This document shows, piece by piece, positions 1 to 12,517 of a stretch of 64,000 bases of DNA (position 1 is its first letter; each line of letters starts with the position of its first letter). This DNA is from Vicugna vicugna (lineage: Eukaryota), in contig MU058451.1 in the NCBI GenBank assembly GCA_013265495.1, positions 2,146,167 through 2,210,166 on the forward strand, read 5' to 3'. The notes beneath the pieces were generated by a model. That model was given only the letters and a program-made list of their open reading frames with translations. It searched no databases and was not told the DNA's origin. Both the position numbers and the translations under genes were made by a program.

Positions 1-47
1 ATTAAAAAGAATTGCTTCTGTGAATAACTTCTACTTTTTATCAAAAG

Positions 48-224
48 GTATGGCTTTGGGAAGAAGACAAAAATCTGAGATCTGGTGTGAGGAAATACGG
101 AGAAGGAAATTGGTCTAAAATACTGTCCCATTATAAATTCAACAACCGAACAAGCGTCATGTTGAAAGACAGATGGAGGACCATGAAGAAGCTAAAACTC
201 ATCTGCTCCGACAGTGAAGACTGA
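48..224 (+). CDS. TERF1: TERF1 (telomeric repeat-binding factor 1) last coding exon, C-terminal Myb/telobox DNA-binding domain
   Basis: After a pyrimidine-rich acceptor (cttctactttttatcaaaAG, AG at 46-47) the frame reads [58 protein letters not shown] with TGA at 222-224. This matches the TRF1 C-terminus, including the telobox LKDRWRT motif. TERF1 lies next to SBSPON in mammals. Confidence 0.98.
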   Translation, partial: VWLWEEDKNLRSGVRKYGEGNWSKILSHYKFNNRTSVMLKDRWRTMKKLKLICSDSED

Positions 225-1300
225 GTGTGCTTGCATAGCTTGATGAAATGACAGTTAAATATTTTGATCACTGCATTTTATTTGAAACTCGGTGGTCATT
301 AATCTAACTTAAAATTTTGTTTAAAGCATTACAGTATTTTTCTCGACACAGTCATTTAATAAGAGGATTTGTGCTGCAAGAGTAAGATTGTATGCCATCA
401 TTGTATTCCTTAAGAGTCTTTTTACTTTGGTAAAAAATAAATTTGTTGAGCCCTGATATTTTCAATACTCCTACTTCCAGACCTGTTCCAGTAAAAAGAA
501 AAAAAGGAAACTTTGTAGGAGAAGTGTATTGCTTTTAACCCCTTTGTGTCTGTAGGCTGACTTCAACTCTGTAACACACATAAAAGTGAGATATCTGAAT
601 CAGTGAATAATAATTAGGCCTTTGCCACAAGGGATAATGAATTGATTTATGGCCTTAATATTTAATTACTAAGACATTTGTTTATAGAATGATAAATGGG
701 CAGAGTAATCTGAGTTATTACATATTTAAATTTTCCTTTTAGTAGTTTCATATAAAGGGAAAAAACTTGAGAACAATACCCATAGGACAAGGTTTATAAT
801 ATTACTGAGAATAGCTTAGGTCTCATTTAGGTACATTTGCTTTTTGTTTTAGTTGAAACTTTGACAAAGATGGTTGTAAGTAAAGCTTACTAACACAGCA
901 TTATAAATCAACTGTACTTGCAATAAAAAAAGTTTTTTAAATAAAGCTTTTTTATAACCTGATGCCGTAAGTATAAGTATCAGTTCCTCTGATATTTTCA
1001 TTTAATAGATCAATATTAGGCCTAAACAGTATTCTGTAAATGCTTAAATTGGTTTTAACCGTGATCATTTTGATGTCTATGATAAATACTTAACAAGGTC
1101 ATACATACCTTATTAGACGGTTTTGAGTTTTCACCAACATCTTTAGAGGATTTAGTAAAACACTAGAATTATTTAGCATTTTGAGTTATGTGTGCTTTAT
1201 TTAACAAGTGAGTGAAAATACTTGAGCATCTGCATAAAAAGTTAAATGGTAGTATTTTGCAATCTGTATTTCTTATTAAAGTTTTATACATTACTTTCTC
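225..1300 (+). other. TERF1: TERF1 3' UTR with candidate poly(A) signals
   Basis: AT-rich sequence after the stop codon, with AATAAA at 436-441, 922-927 and 940-945 and ATTAAA at 1275-1280. The real cleavage site cannot be determined from sequence alone. Confidence 0.6.
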
Positions 1301-1704
1301 ATTGTCCCTGAATATGTTGTCTTACACATACAGTAAACAGAAATGTGGATAATTACTCTGTGCTTCTTGAGTCAGTCTGTCCTGTTACACCACTGGTTAG
1401 TCACTGTGTTTATTGCAGACACTTTGATGGTGAATGCTAGAGCTGATGGCATGAGCCAAAATAGACCAGTAAGTCAGTCTCATTCCAAACATACCATAAA
1501 TCATCAAATCTAAGTTGATACTAATGTAAGATACTCACTTATTTTATGTGCCACTAAAAAAAATCACTATCAATTATACTTCTTATTTAGAATTCTGTTT
1601 TACCTTTAAGAGAGCTATTACAGATAGAAGCATAGATTTTTACTGTATAACTTTTTTATCGGATGCATGAAAAGGAAAAGCAGGATAAACTGGGGAATGT
1701 ATTC

Positions 1705-2095
1705 CTAAAACTTCATCTTAAGTCTGACTCTTGAATTTCTTAATTGAAAATTTTGAGATAACTGGATTCATATGTAGTTGTGAGAAATAATAGTTCCCTT
1801 GTACACTTGTTCCAGCTTCCCCCAATGTCATGTGTTTAAAAAACTGCATTACCACCATTAGGATACTGGTACTGATTTCCCCATTCTTGCACATTGTGTG
1901 TGCAGTGTTGCGAGTATTTCATTGTGAGCATAGCACTTGTGTGGGTTCATGTGTCTGCCACAGGCAAGATACTGAACACTCCAACACCGTGAGGATCCTT
2001 TCTGTTACTCCTCTCCCTCCTGCATCATTCCTCCAACCCCTGGCAACCACTAATCTGCCTTCCATGTCTAAAATTTAATCATTTAAAGTGTTAAC
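1705..2095 (-). mobile_element. Old L1 3' UTR fragment (L1MC-like)
   Basis: Typical L1M 3' motifs, e.g. aacccctggcaaccactaatctg...ccatgtctaaaattt. Confidence 0.6.
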
Positions 2096-2103
2096 GTAGA
2101 ATT

Positions 2104-2220
2104 GGGGAGGGTATAGCTCAGTGGTAGAGTGTATGCTTCGCATGCATGCAGTCCTGAGTTCAGTCCCCAATACCACCACGTAATAAACCTAGTTACCTCT
2201 CCGCCTGAAAAAAGAAGCAA
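2104..2220 (+). mobile_element. tRNA(Ala)-derived camelid SINE (Vic-1-like)
   Basis: GGGGAGGGTATAGCTCAGTGGTAGAG...GTCCTGAGTTCAGTCCCC with Pol III A and B boxes and an A-rich tail. Confidence 0.85.
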
Positions 2221-2242
2221 AACATACATAATGTTACATAGT

Positions 2243-2905
2243 GACTTCCTGAAAATGGCAGAGTAGGGGGCTCCAAAGAGCCTTCCCTCTACTGAAATGA
2301 CTTAAGCTGGCAGAAACTTGGAGTCAACTTTCTGAAACTAGTAACTGGGTAGTACTTAATGAAGAAAGGCTACTTAATTTTGGTAAGAGGATTTCGGTGT
2401 TTAACCCTGCTTGAAGGGCTAAGTGGCCTGTGTTCTTGTGCGGCTGGATGCTACGTGAGGGGGCAATACGGACCTTGTGCTCAGATTGTGGTTGTGTGTT
2501 TTGGCCTGTCGGGCAGTTCCCGGAGGGTTCAGTTCAGAGGTATGCCGTTGTTTTGCCCCCTCTGGACTCTCAAGGGCTTTAAAAACATTGCCTAGAGCCA
2601 CCGAGGGTCAAGGCCAGCAGGAGGGCAAGCAGCAGAGAAACCGGAAAGCCTGGGGAGGAAGGTACCTGGGGCGTGAGGGGTTAAGGGCTTTTAGGGCTCT
2701 GGAGTAAACCGGGGAATCCAGAGGGCCAGGCACATGCCCAGGACTGGACAGTCTCAGGGGTGACCCTCGGCCTCTATGCCGAGTGATCTTTAGGCTTCGT
2801 AAGTGCGGGAGGGGGAGGTTAAGGCAGAGTTGTAAGTGGCCTGGCTCAGCATTGAACACGTGCTCCAACTCAGAGCCAGTCAGCAAAGGCTGAGAGAGTA
2901 TCTTG
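2243..2905 (+). mobile_element. Old L1 5' UTR fragment (L1M-type)
   Basis: Begins gacttcctgaaaatggcagagtaggggg, resembling ancient L1 5' ends. GC-richer than its flanks and non-coding. Confidence 0.5.
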
Positions 2906-3071
2906 TTTTTCTTTCTAAGGAAATTAAATGAAATACTCTATGTACCCTATGCCATTTTTTCTTTCACTCAACATACTCATGTTGTATGCAGCTGTACTTG
3001 TTCATTTGCATTTCTTTACAGTAATATATAATTACATCACAATTATCTGTTACGCCGCTGAGCATTTGAGT

Positions 3072-3515
3072 TGTGGAAATAAATGACAGCTCAGAAGTGA
3101 AAACAGGCTGTTGATTCAGGGCTTTCTATAGAAAAGGAGTCAGCCACCAGCACCTGTGTTTGGCAGAGAAGCAGGCTGATGTCTTTGATGGGACAGCTTT
3201 AGGGTGAAAAACAAAGGCTTTCGGGCGTGCCCTGATTGGAGGTTGCTGGCGTGAGGGACCTGGAGGCTGGCCAACTAGCAGCGGGGATCTTACGTGATTA
3301 TTTTAGGAAACATATTTGGCTTTCTCTGGTCCTGAGGTGGAGGGAGTAGGGACAAAAAAAACGGGATGCTGGCAGTCATCGACCAAGTCCTGCCCATTCT
3401 GGGTTGATTGCTGCGGGGGTTTAGTTCAGCCTTCTAAACTGGTGGCTGCAGACAGGTTGTGGCTCTGAGCTGTCACGTAAGCTCTGCCCTTTGTCAGTTT
3501 TTATATTCAGTCTCT
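3072..3515. mobile_element. Solo LTR (ERV1-type), inserted into an old L1 fragment
   Basis: About 444 bp starting TG, flanked by a 4-bp GAGT direct repeat (3068-3071 and 3516-3519). It interrupts the L1 motif gagcatttgagt|tgtttccagtt. Confidence 0.55.
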
Positions 3516-3848
3516 GAGTTGTTTCCAGTTAATGGCTGCAAGGCTTTTCCAATTTACATGAAGTGTAATGTTAGGAGTAATATTAATTCTTAAATGAACT
3601 GTGTAAGCCCTGGAGCAATCATACACACGTAATAGATACAGACATATGTATAATTGTATACACATATGTTGCCAATAAATAAATTAAAATAAAGTAGCAA
3701 AGATTATTCAAATAATCCAAAAGAAAGAAAAAGTCAGGGGAAGGGGACAGGAAGTTAAAATAAAACCACAGGGACAAACCAAAAAAATGAACAATGCTCC
3801 TGAATCCAACCACATTGATAATTACATTGAATGTCAGTAGTCTAAGCC

Positions 3849-4040
3849 AGAGGGTAAGCAAACTTTCTGGAAAGGGCCAGATAAAATATTTTCGGCCTTG
3901 TGGGCCATGAGGTTTCTGTCAGCTCTGCTTGCAGTTAGCCATAGACATAAACTTGTGAATGAGTAGGTGTAGCTGTGTGCCAGAGAAACTACTGCAGAAA
4001 TAGACAGCAGGCAAGACTTAGCCTGCGTGCATTCTGACCA
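3849..4040 (+). mobile_element. MER58A-like hAT-Charlie DNA transposon relic
   Basis: gcaaactttctggaaagggccagataaaatattttcggccttgtgggcca... matches MER58A as I recall it. Confidence 0.7.
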
Positions 4041-4364
4041 TCTTGCTGAAGAGAGGGCGGCAAGGGAAATAAGGACTATAAGAAGGCCCCTGGCTGCTGT
4101 GCCAAATGGTGGAACCCAGCCTGCTGGTGGTGGTGAAGAAACTGGCCGTGCTGGTCTGGAACAACAGCCCACCATTCCCGGGCGGTGAGGGGAGGGTGGA
4201 GAGGTGTTTCCATGTGAACAAAGTGCAGCGGGAGCACAGAGGCAAAATGTGCCTGGTCTGCTTCCCCCCACCCTAGCCTGCCTCCTGCATCTTCCAGATC
4301 ACTCGCTGTCCCCTAACGTTACAAAGAAACTGAAGAATATGGAAAGAAATCTATGTCTGTTCCT

Positions 4365-4480
4365 GTCTGACTGAAGCACTGTGCTATACACCAGAAACTG
4401 ACACAGCATTGTAAACTGACTGAATTTTAAAAAAGCAATGAAAGACTAAACATTTTTACTGAAAAAAAAAAAGAAGAAAA
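4365..4480 (+). mobile_element. Extreme 3' end of a younger L1 with A-tail
   Basis: actgaagcactgtgctatacaccagaaactgacacagcattgtaaactgact followed by A-runs; the same 3' end as the copies at 9306 and 28097. Confidence 0.7.
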
Positions 4481-5397
4481 TGAAAAGGATACAGGAAGAC
4501 ACTGAACGGAGGAGGGCTTCTCCTCTCCCAGGCCCACTTTCCAGGATGGTTCTCGGTTTTAGATGTCCTGGGGGTCATCACCATCCCCATTCTAAATAAC
4601 GTGCTTATGCTTCCATTTCCAGGTTACTTACCATGGCCTGATACCTATGACAGCAACTTCCTGATGTGACAGGTGAGACACCCACTGCCTCACACTTCCT
4701 CTCCCTCCCCTCCTGCGCTGCTTCTGAGCTTTGCTCAATCTATTCCTTCTTTTAGTAGCTAAAGCTCTTTCTTGTGCCATCTGCTCTAGACAGAAATCCT
4801 TGTCTCCCCTATGCAGGATGAGGAAATTCGGACCCTCTACCCCTCTGTGCCTCCCCTCTGCCCAGCTTCCCACACCCTCCTGTTACTTTTACATTGTCAA
4901 GGGTTCAGTTTGTTGTTGGTTTGGTTTTAGCATTTATTCTGTCCAGTGATTATAATGAAATATTTTGTGCTTTGTGTATGGGTTGATTCTAAAAAATCAG
5001 AAACTGATAACCGTATGTTATGATTATATAGTATATTATTCACATGAGATCCTAGAAGTGTGACTGACTCACCAAAAAATGTAATCCTGTATCACAAAAT
5101 TCATGCAACTCAACGAACTGTCAAGGTAAATTGTATTCTCCCCTTCTGTCTCACTGTTTTTCTATCTTCCTCTCTCCAGTACCTCAAAATCATGCCACAT
5201 TTTAGTTTGCTTCAGATTTTGACCATACTTTGATTTCAATTTCTTCTTGAAACGTTTATTTCCATTTTTATAAAAATAATACACGTTCATAGACTCACTT
5301 TTTATTTCTTAGTACAATTTCTCCCATTCCATTGTATATATGTTCTGTAGTTTAATTCCCATTCCTTTATTGATAGGTCTTTGAGTTTTTTCCTTAA

Positions 5398-5482
5398 TTT
5401 TTTTTAATGGAGATACTGGGGCTTGAACCCAGGACCTCATGCCTGCTAAACATGTGCTCTACCACTGAGCTATACCCTCCCC
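5398..5482 (-). mobile_element. tRNA-derived camelid SINE (Vic-1-like)
   Basis: Reverse complement of the same consensus (...gaacccaggacctc...ctctaccactgagctataccctcccc), with a T-run tail. Confidence 0.85.
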
Positions 5483-6099
5483 TCCACAGTCATGGCTTTA
5501 AAACTGAAGCACTCTTTCCTCCCACTGCCCTTCAATTCTCTCTAAGCTCAAGTGACCATTCTCAACTCTTTCAGCTCTTTTCTCAGGTGTATGCTCAGAC
5601 TGCTGTTTGTTATTTTCCAGTGTGAGGTGTTACATTAGTCACCCCCCACGATACAGCATGAGGTTTGGGGTCTCTTGCATGCTCCCCGCAACCCTCCACA
5701 AGCATTTACCTCTCACGCATACATATGCTTCTCCCCAGTTCTTCCAGAGTAATTTGCATGTTTCTGGTTAAATCAGTATTCACTGTTTGTGTTACTATAA
5801 CCCTGTAACTGTTATTTACATCTGAGCTGTGTGTACCCATCACTTACTCATCTCCAAATTCTCCGACCAATTTTAAAACCTCTGATTATGCTGAAATATG
5901 TCAGACATTATACTGACTTCATTGGGTTTTGGTGGCATCGCTCCTACCCCCATGTGTCTGCTTGCCCTCCAGCCTGGCTGCACAGCTGTCAAGCTTACAT
6001 CTCCCCTCATCTTGGCTCTGGGCATCCCAATTATCTCTCTCCTGGTCTTGAGTCCCTGTTTCCTGGATCCTCTCTCTTGACTTATACTCTCATTTATCC

Positions 6100-7960
6100 T
6101 CCTATATTTTCCCAAGAAGATATGCATATAGTGAAAAATGTTTATATCATGCATGTCTGAATACATCCTTATTCTACCCCTCTATTTCGTGAATAATTTC
6201 ATTGGATATAGAATTTTAGTTTGAAAAACATTTTCTCAGAATTTCAAAGGCATTGCTCAGTTGTCTTGAGCATCAAATGTTGCTTTAGGTACTGTGACTC
6301 TGACACCATTCTGATTACTGAGCCTTTGCACGTGACCTACTTTTTTTCTCTCTGGAAGCTTGTAAATTCTTCTGTGTATCCAAAGATCTAGAATTTCATG
6401 GTAACATGCTTTGATGTGAGTCTTCTTTTTAAACTAATGATACTCAATGAATTCTGAAATCCCTGGGCTAAGTTCTGAAAAGTATTATTCTGTTATTTCT
6501 TTGCCAATTTTCTCCTGTCTTTTTTTGTACTTTCTTTCTGGAACTCCCATTACTCAGGCATTGCATCTCTTTGACGGATCTTCTAATTCTTATCTTTTGT
6601 CTCCTAATTTCTGTATCTTTAATTTTTTGGTTTACTTTCTAGGGAAAATATCATAAAACTTAATCTTCCAAGGTTTTATAACATATATCCACTATCAAAC
6701 TTTTTAATTTACAAGAGCTTTTAGTGCTCTGATTATTCCTTTTTTAGGGCATTCTGTTCTTATTTCATGATTGATAGCATTTCATTTTTCTGCTCCTGGC
6801 AGTGTTTACTCCCTCTGAGTTTTGTTATATTGCTTGTTTGTTTCTGTTTAATTTTGGTTTCCCTCTTTCTTTGTTAATGGTTTTCCTCCAAGTGCCTGGC
6901 TGAACTGAGCTGTCCATTTGTATTTATAAGTGAGGATGAAGAAGTTGCTTGAAAGCTCTGTGAGCACTAATGTGTGCTCACACGTCAAGGCAGTGATCGG
7001 ACAGAAACTTGGCTCTTTCACCTGTTGGTACCTATAGTCATTTTATTGGATGATTCATTTTCTCAGAGAGGAATCCGGCAAGCTGGTGTGAGTGGGTGAG
7101 TGTCGCAGTGAGGCAGTGAGGGAGGGAATACAGCGTTCTCAGAGCGTGTGGAGGAGGGACCTGGGGGGTCACCACTCAGACCAGAGACTGATTCTCCCTT
7201 CTCAGTTGTTCTTTCTGGTGTGTCCAATCTGGAGTCCCTACCAAAGAGTAAACCTTCTGTCCAGCTGTTGCCTGGCTGCAGAGCAATCTAAGGCTCTGTT
7301 TCTTATACCAACTCTCAACCATTCCGCTGAAGGAAACATCTGGAACCTTAAGTGAGCCTTTCCAGGGTGTTGTCAATGACCTTGCTCGCCGAAATTCACC
7401 CCCAGAGGCCTTTGGCTTTCTCCTTTCTTCTTAGACAGCCTCTCCTTTTCTAGTCCTGAAATTTTGTGACCATCTCTTTTCAGCTGTATTTTTCTCTTTT
7501 AATCTCCTTTTCATTACATTTTTGTCTTAAAAAAATCCTTTAATTGTAATTTTATTGGGAATTGGCAGGTAAAGGGGGTAAATGTATGTTCAACCTGCCT
7601 TGTTTAACTGAAAAAAAATACCCTACTTACAACCATCTCACAAGGCTTCTGAATCTCTCTGCCTTGGAAAGGCTGAATCTTGCCTTCGCACTTTCAGCTT
7701 GGCTGATAGAGAAATGTTAGTTTCAAAGTCATACTCCCTCAGAGCTTGGAGGTTTTATTCTATTAGACTTTAAGCCTCCACTGATGTTGCTGTCTCTCAG
7801 GGAGAGTCTTATTTTTTTGTAGGTAATCTGTCTTTCTCTGTCTGGAAGGTTTTATAGCGTTTTCTTTATCCTTGATTTTAAATTTCACAAATTTGTCTTT
7901 AGGGGGTGGGGATTTTTTGAATTCATCTTGTTTGTGCTCAGTGAGCCCTCTCCATCCTGA
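6100..7960 (-). mobile_element. Fragmented ancient L1 (L1ME/L1M5-like)
   Basis: T-rich antisense L1 motifs (ttggatatagaattttagtttg, ctttctggaactcccattactc, ttggctgatagagaaatg). Boundaries are approximate. Confidence 0.5.
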
Positions 7961-9305
7961 GAAGAATGGCTCTCACCTCTGACTCCACCTCCTTTTCTAT
8001 GTGTTTTAAAGGGGATGGTCCCTCCATTCTGGTTTACCCATCAGTAGAATCCCGGGTGCTTTCAATCTTCAAAAATATTCTTCAAAATCTCTGGGCTGAT
8101 TCCCACCCTCCCTTCCGATCTGTGATATAGACTCATTCTCTTTTGTGAATCCTGTCACCTCAGTGGGATTGGAGGAAGGAGAGAAGGTAAACGTGTATCC
8201 GTCACCTTGACCTAGAAGCTTCGCTTCTCTTTCTATGTGCCCATCACCTGACGCTTACACCTCAGAATGCCCAGGTTTCCTAAATCAAACTACAGTTATT
8301 TGTACGAATCTTCACGAGAATATTCTTAGAGGGCAGAACCAGTTTTATTTTACATCATTTTGGTGCAAACCTAGAAAAGACGGCTAATTAAACTTTTTAT
8401 GCCAGAATAGAATTAAGTAATTTAAATTATTGCTATTGCTGTGTATGCATCATTGCAACATTCTCGAATAAAAACGCCCCAAGAATGAACCCAAAGCAGA
8501 ACGGTGTGATTATATATCACCTTATTCTTTGTCATCTCTTTCTCTCTTTTTTTCCCCCAATTTTCTAAATGATCACCATCTCTAATTCCTTCCTCCTCGT
8601 TTCCTGAGTGGGGATATTTATTTTTGTTCAAAGTACTTTCCTCATGCATTTTTGAAAAGCAGCCTATTAAGGAATTCTAGGGTCCGTAAATCATTGTAGA
8701 GTGCCCGTGGAAAGGACCCCAACTCTAACGTGCTCATTAGAAAAGAACACTGAAGAAGTCTTACCTACTTTGATCTTTAACTCTGAAAGTAAAAACTTTT
8801 GGTTCTTCATTAATCACTTGGACTACATGTTTCATTTCTGGACTGTTTCCTTGGGCTTTGCTAGAATGAATACCAAGCTTTTCAAGATCATTATTGAATA
8901 GTTATGACTTCTAACCTATGAAATTCTTCTCAAGAATAGAAATAAAAATATGCCCCAATATGAAAGTAATTAATGGCCATGTACCAAAAGCGAAAGACCT
9001 ACTTTGAAAAATTGATTTTACACAACTCAATTATGCTAAATGTTATAACACGTATTGGAACCATAAGTACATCACAGCTTTTTTGCTGTTAGCATCATAC
9101 TTATGTCGATCAGTTCTAAAGTGTTTTGTTTAGGTTATGGTGAAATTTTATTTATTCTCTGATCAGTCCAGAAAATTTGGGTATTTTTTAGTCAGATAAA
9201 TAAAGAGCTTTTAAAAATGTGAACAGAAAGTTTATTTAGTGGCATAAAATTTTAAGCAACATTGAAAATTACTCAGGTTTGCCTTCAAAAATTTTGCTTT
9301 ACAAA

Positions 9306-9542
9306 AGGGAGTGGGAAGGGATAAGTTTAGGAGTTTGAGATTTGTAAATGTTAGCCACTGTATATAAAAATAGACTTAAAATAAATTTCTTCTGCATAGC
9401 ACAGGGAACTATATTCAGTATCTTGTAATAACCTTTAATGAAAAATAATATGAAAACAAATATATGTATGTATATGTATGACTGGGACATTGTGCTGTAC
9501 ATCAGAAATTGACAGATTATAACTGACTACACTTCAATTAAA
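9306..9542 (+). mobile_element. 5'-truncated L1 3' end with 19-bp TSD
   Basis: L1 3' UTR (gggataagtttaggagtttgagatt...gcacagggaactatattcag...gactacacttcaatt, then A-tail) flanked by AAAAATTTTGCTTTACAAA at 9287-9305 and 9543-9561. Confidence 0.9.
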
Positions 9543-9866
9543 AAAAATTTTGCTTTACAAATGTTAGAAATGGCCTTAAAATGTTAATTCTGAACTTAGA
9601 GTTGGAATTCCTAACCCTGATGAGACTCAAATTTTTTATTATTGGTTTCTGAAGAATTTAATTTACCACACAAACAATTCTGACAGCTGAATATATATAG
9701 TCAGAAATATTGCTGCTCTCAGCATTAAATATTGGGGATTTTTCCATCCCTATTAAGCTTGCAATTATTATGTTATTACATGAATGTACCAAGAAATATG
9801 TATTTTAGTAAATCATTTGTTAGGTAATAATATTTTATACAAATGAAACCAAAGGAATTTCATATA

Positions 9867-10317
9867 CGAGCATATCTCATTTTATTGTGCTTCACAGATA
9901 ATTGCATTTTTTACAAACTGAAAGTTTGTGGCACCCCTGCATCTAGCAAGTCTATTGGCTCCATTTTTCCAATACCATCTGTTCACTTTGTGTCTCTGTG
10001 TCACATTTTGGTAATTCTCACAATATTTCAAACTTTTTCACTATTATTATTATATTTGTTAAGGTGTTCTGTGATCAGTGATCTTTGTTGTTACTACTCA
10101 CTAAAGGCTCAGATGATGGTTAGCGTTTTTCAGTAATAAAGTATTTTTCAATGAAGGTATGCACATTGTTTTCTCAGACATAATGCTATTGCACAGGTAA
10201 CAAACTTCAATATAGTGTGAACAAAACTTTCATTTGCACTGGGAAGCCAAAATTTCTTGTGACCCGCTTTATTGTGGTGGTTTGGAACTGAACCCAAACA
10301 TCTCCAGGGTATGCTGG
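9867..10317 (+). mobile_element. Internally deleted Tigger1 (Tigger1a_Art-like) TcMar DNA transposon
   Basis: Both Tigger1 ends are present (cgagcatatctcattttattgtgcttcacagata... and ...ggaactgaacccaaacatctccagggtatgctgg), flanked by TA at 9865-9866 and 10318-10319. Confidence 0.85.
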
Positions 10318-11478
10318 TAGATTAAATCTCAAGCTTCAGTTCTCCCAAGAAAATACCCTGAATTTAAAATTTTGCAGAAATAAAAAGGGCTTTGCTTTTA
10401 TAGCACCATCAGGCTCTCCATCAAAGCTGATTCCTGGATGAAAAGCTAAGATCTGGGTCCAGCTGTCATCCCAAATCCTTCAACAAGGCACTTTGTCTCT
10501 GGTTCATTGCTTCTCTAATCATAAAATGAGACTAATACTTCTCTGTGTGCGGTGGTGGGGATCCTAGCATTTGTAATAAATCTCTGCTATCCATAATTTA
10601 TACCTCTGGCTTCTACTCCAGACATAAGAAAACGTGTGCATGTGTGCTGCAGGAAAACAAAGTCGTATGTTTTACTTCAGTTAACTCCAAGCTCATCTTA
10701 GTCAACTTCAGGCTTAATTTAAGCCTTGGAAATAATCTTAGATGCTAATGATGGTAGAATGTTCACAATTAAAGCAAGTGTTTCATTCATTGGTGCCAAA
10801 ATTTCACTTCCTGGAAATTATAACATTTAAAGAAACTCTGTACTGACCTAGAATGAACATTTGATTGATTCTTTTCGATTAACTGAAGAAAATTTCTTCT
10901 AGTTTAAAAAAAGTATTTTAGTATAGTTGTTGGTTTTGCATTAGCTTACTAAATCTTAACTTGACTGTGGAAAGTGATTTGTGACAATTTGTTTGACAGT
11001 TATTATTTCAGAATTTATGGAATAATATATGGGAAATGTATGAGCATACATATATCTATAGGCAGTTTTTAAGGCTTTTCTTTTTAAGAGATTACAGAAT
11101 AGAAAGAAAGAATGCAAGACTCAAAGCATGGATACCCTGAACATGACAGCTTACCAATAAACGAACCACGTACAGACAAACATGAACTCCGTGTCCAGTG
11201 TGCCACCTGTTGAATGAGGAGCCGCCAGGTGACAGGTCAAGGATGTAAAACCACAGGAGACTGCATGGTGGGCCCTCAACTTAGTAAAAATAAAAATAAA
11301 GGCGCTGTGTTTCTTGAGAACTGGCCCCTAAATTTCCTTTCTCTATTTCACAGTGTGGCAGTGACTTTTATACAGGGGCCCTTGGCCAAAGAGTTTATAA
11401 AGGATTATGAAACACTGAACGTGATTTGCTAATATTTAGCATGTTTACAAACACATTTTGAAATATTTCTATCACAAT

Positions 11479-11596
11479 CTATATAAAAATAAAGCTGTGA
11501 ACAGCTGGACAAGAACACCGTTCAACTCGCCGCACTTTTTTCCAAGTTCCTTGACACCGAGGACTGCCGACTGCTTGCCAATGGAGAGTCTGGTTT
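11479..11596 (-). CDS. SBSPON: SBSPON exon 5, coding part (C-terminus and stop)
   Basis: Not in the ORF track; read manually. Acceptor ctgtttcAG. It encodes (G)NQTLHWQAVGSPRCQGTWKKVRRVERCSCPAVHSFIFI with TAG at 11481-11479. The five exons sum to 795 nt (264 aa). Contains an NQT N-glycosylation sequon. Confidence 0.96.
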
Positions 11597-12517
11597 CTGA
11601 AACAGTATTTTGAAAATGGGAGTTACACGAAAAGCAAACCAAAGGAAATTCTAATTTACAGAATTATAAATCGAAATTTGTTGTTTTTCTTTTTTTTTTC
11701 CCCAGAATGATCACACCTAGAGTTTTGAAATGCATTACAAATTAAAAAAAAAAAAATCACAAACTAAGTCCCTTCTTTGGGTTCCATTAAAACAAGTTAA
11801 CAATCTCTATTTGGGGACACCCCTGTTAAACTGTAGTTTGAGGCTACTGTGTTGGTTTCTCTCACTCGCTCTGAGTATATGAAGTGCTACATAAAGGAAA
11901 AAGGCTTCCTGGTTTGTGTGTATTTAAATTAGAGGGGTCTGTACCAAATGCTCCCTTGTAACACTTTCCAACTCTTTGATTCCATAATGAAAAATGGGAG
12001 ACGTGAAAAGAAAAAAGCCAGATTATTGAAATTATTATTTTTAAAGTCACTGGAACCTCAGCCATGGTTTAAGGTGTTTTATGGGTACGAATTAAATGAT
12101 AATATTCATTTAAAGTCAAAATAAGGATGAGGTATTGCAGAAAAACATTAAATCTAAATATTAATTGTCTATTTCCCGAGTTCCTTACCCACTTTACTGT
12201 GTAGACGGTGAACTCAGCACAGAGGCTGCTGGCACAAGAGACTAATAAACATAAATTCAGGTTATTAAATATTAAAATGTACTGTGGGAATAGCGATTAA
12301 CTGGAAAAGTCATATTTTTTCTTTCTAATCTATATTTTTACCAGTTCCAGCTGACATACTTAAAACCATAATCCATGTCCATTACAAAGCCTGCCCTTCT
12401 TTTAATTATGAATAGTGTTAGCAGATTTAACTGGTAGCTAAATACAGGATGGAGACGGGTTTTTAGATGGTTAAAATGTTTTCAAGGGTCAATTCTCTTG
12501 GACAATCTATAGATTTC

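Larger units (their letters stand above)
9210..11478 (-). other. SBSPON: Putative SBSPON 3' UTR
   Basis: AT-rich sequence downstream of the stop. Minus-strand AATAAA (TTTATT on +) occurs at 10268-10273, 9881-9886, 9635-9640 and 9231-9236. The 3' end is a guess. Confidence 0.5.

Noticed and set aside
2104..2180. Possible tRNA-Ala gene (also at 5398, 24245, 26575 and 53887)
   Set aside because: Multiple diverged copies with A/T-rich tails and TSDs, and imperfect stems. These are SINEs, not tRNA genes.
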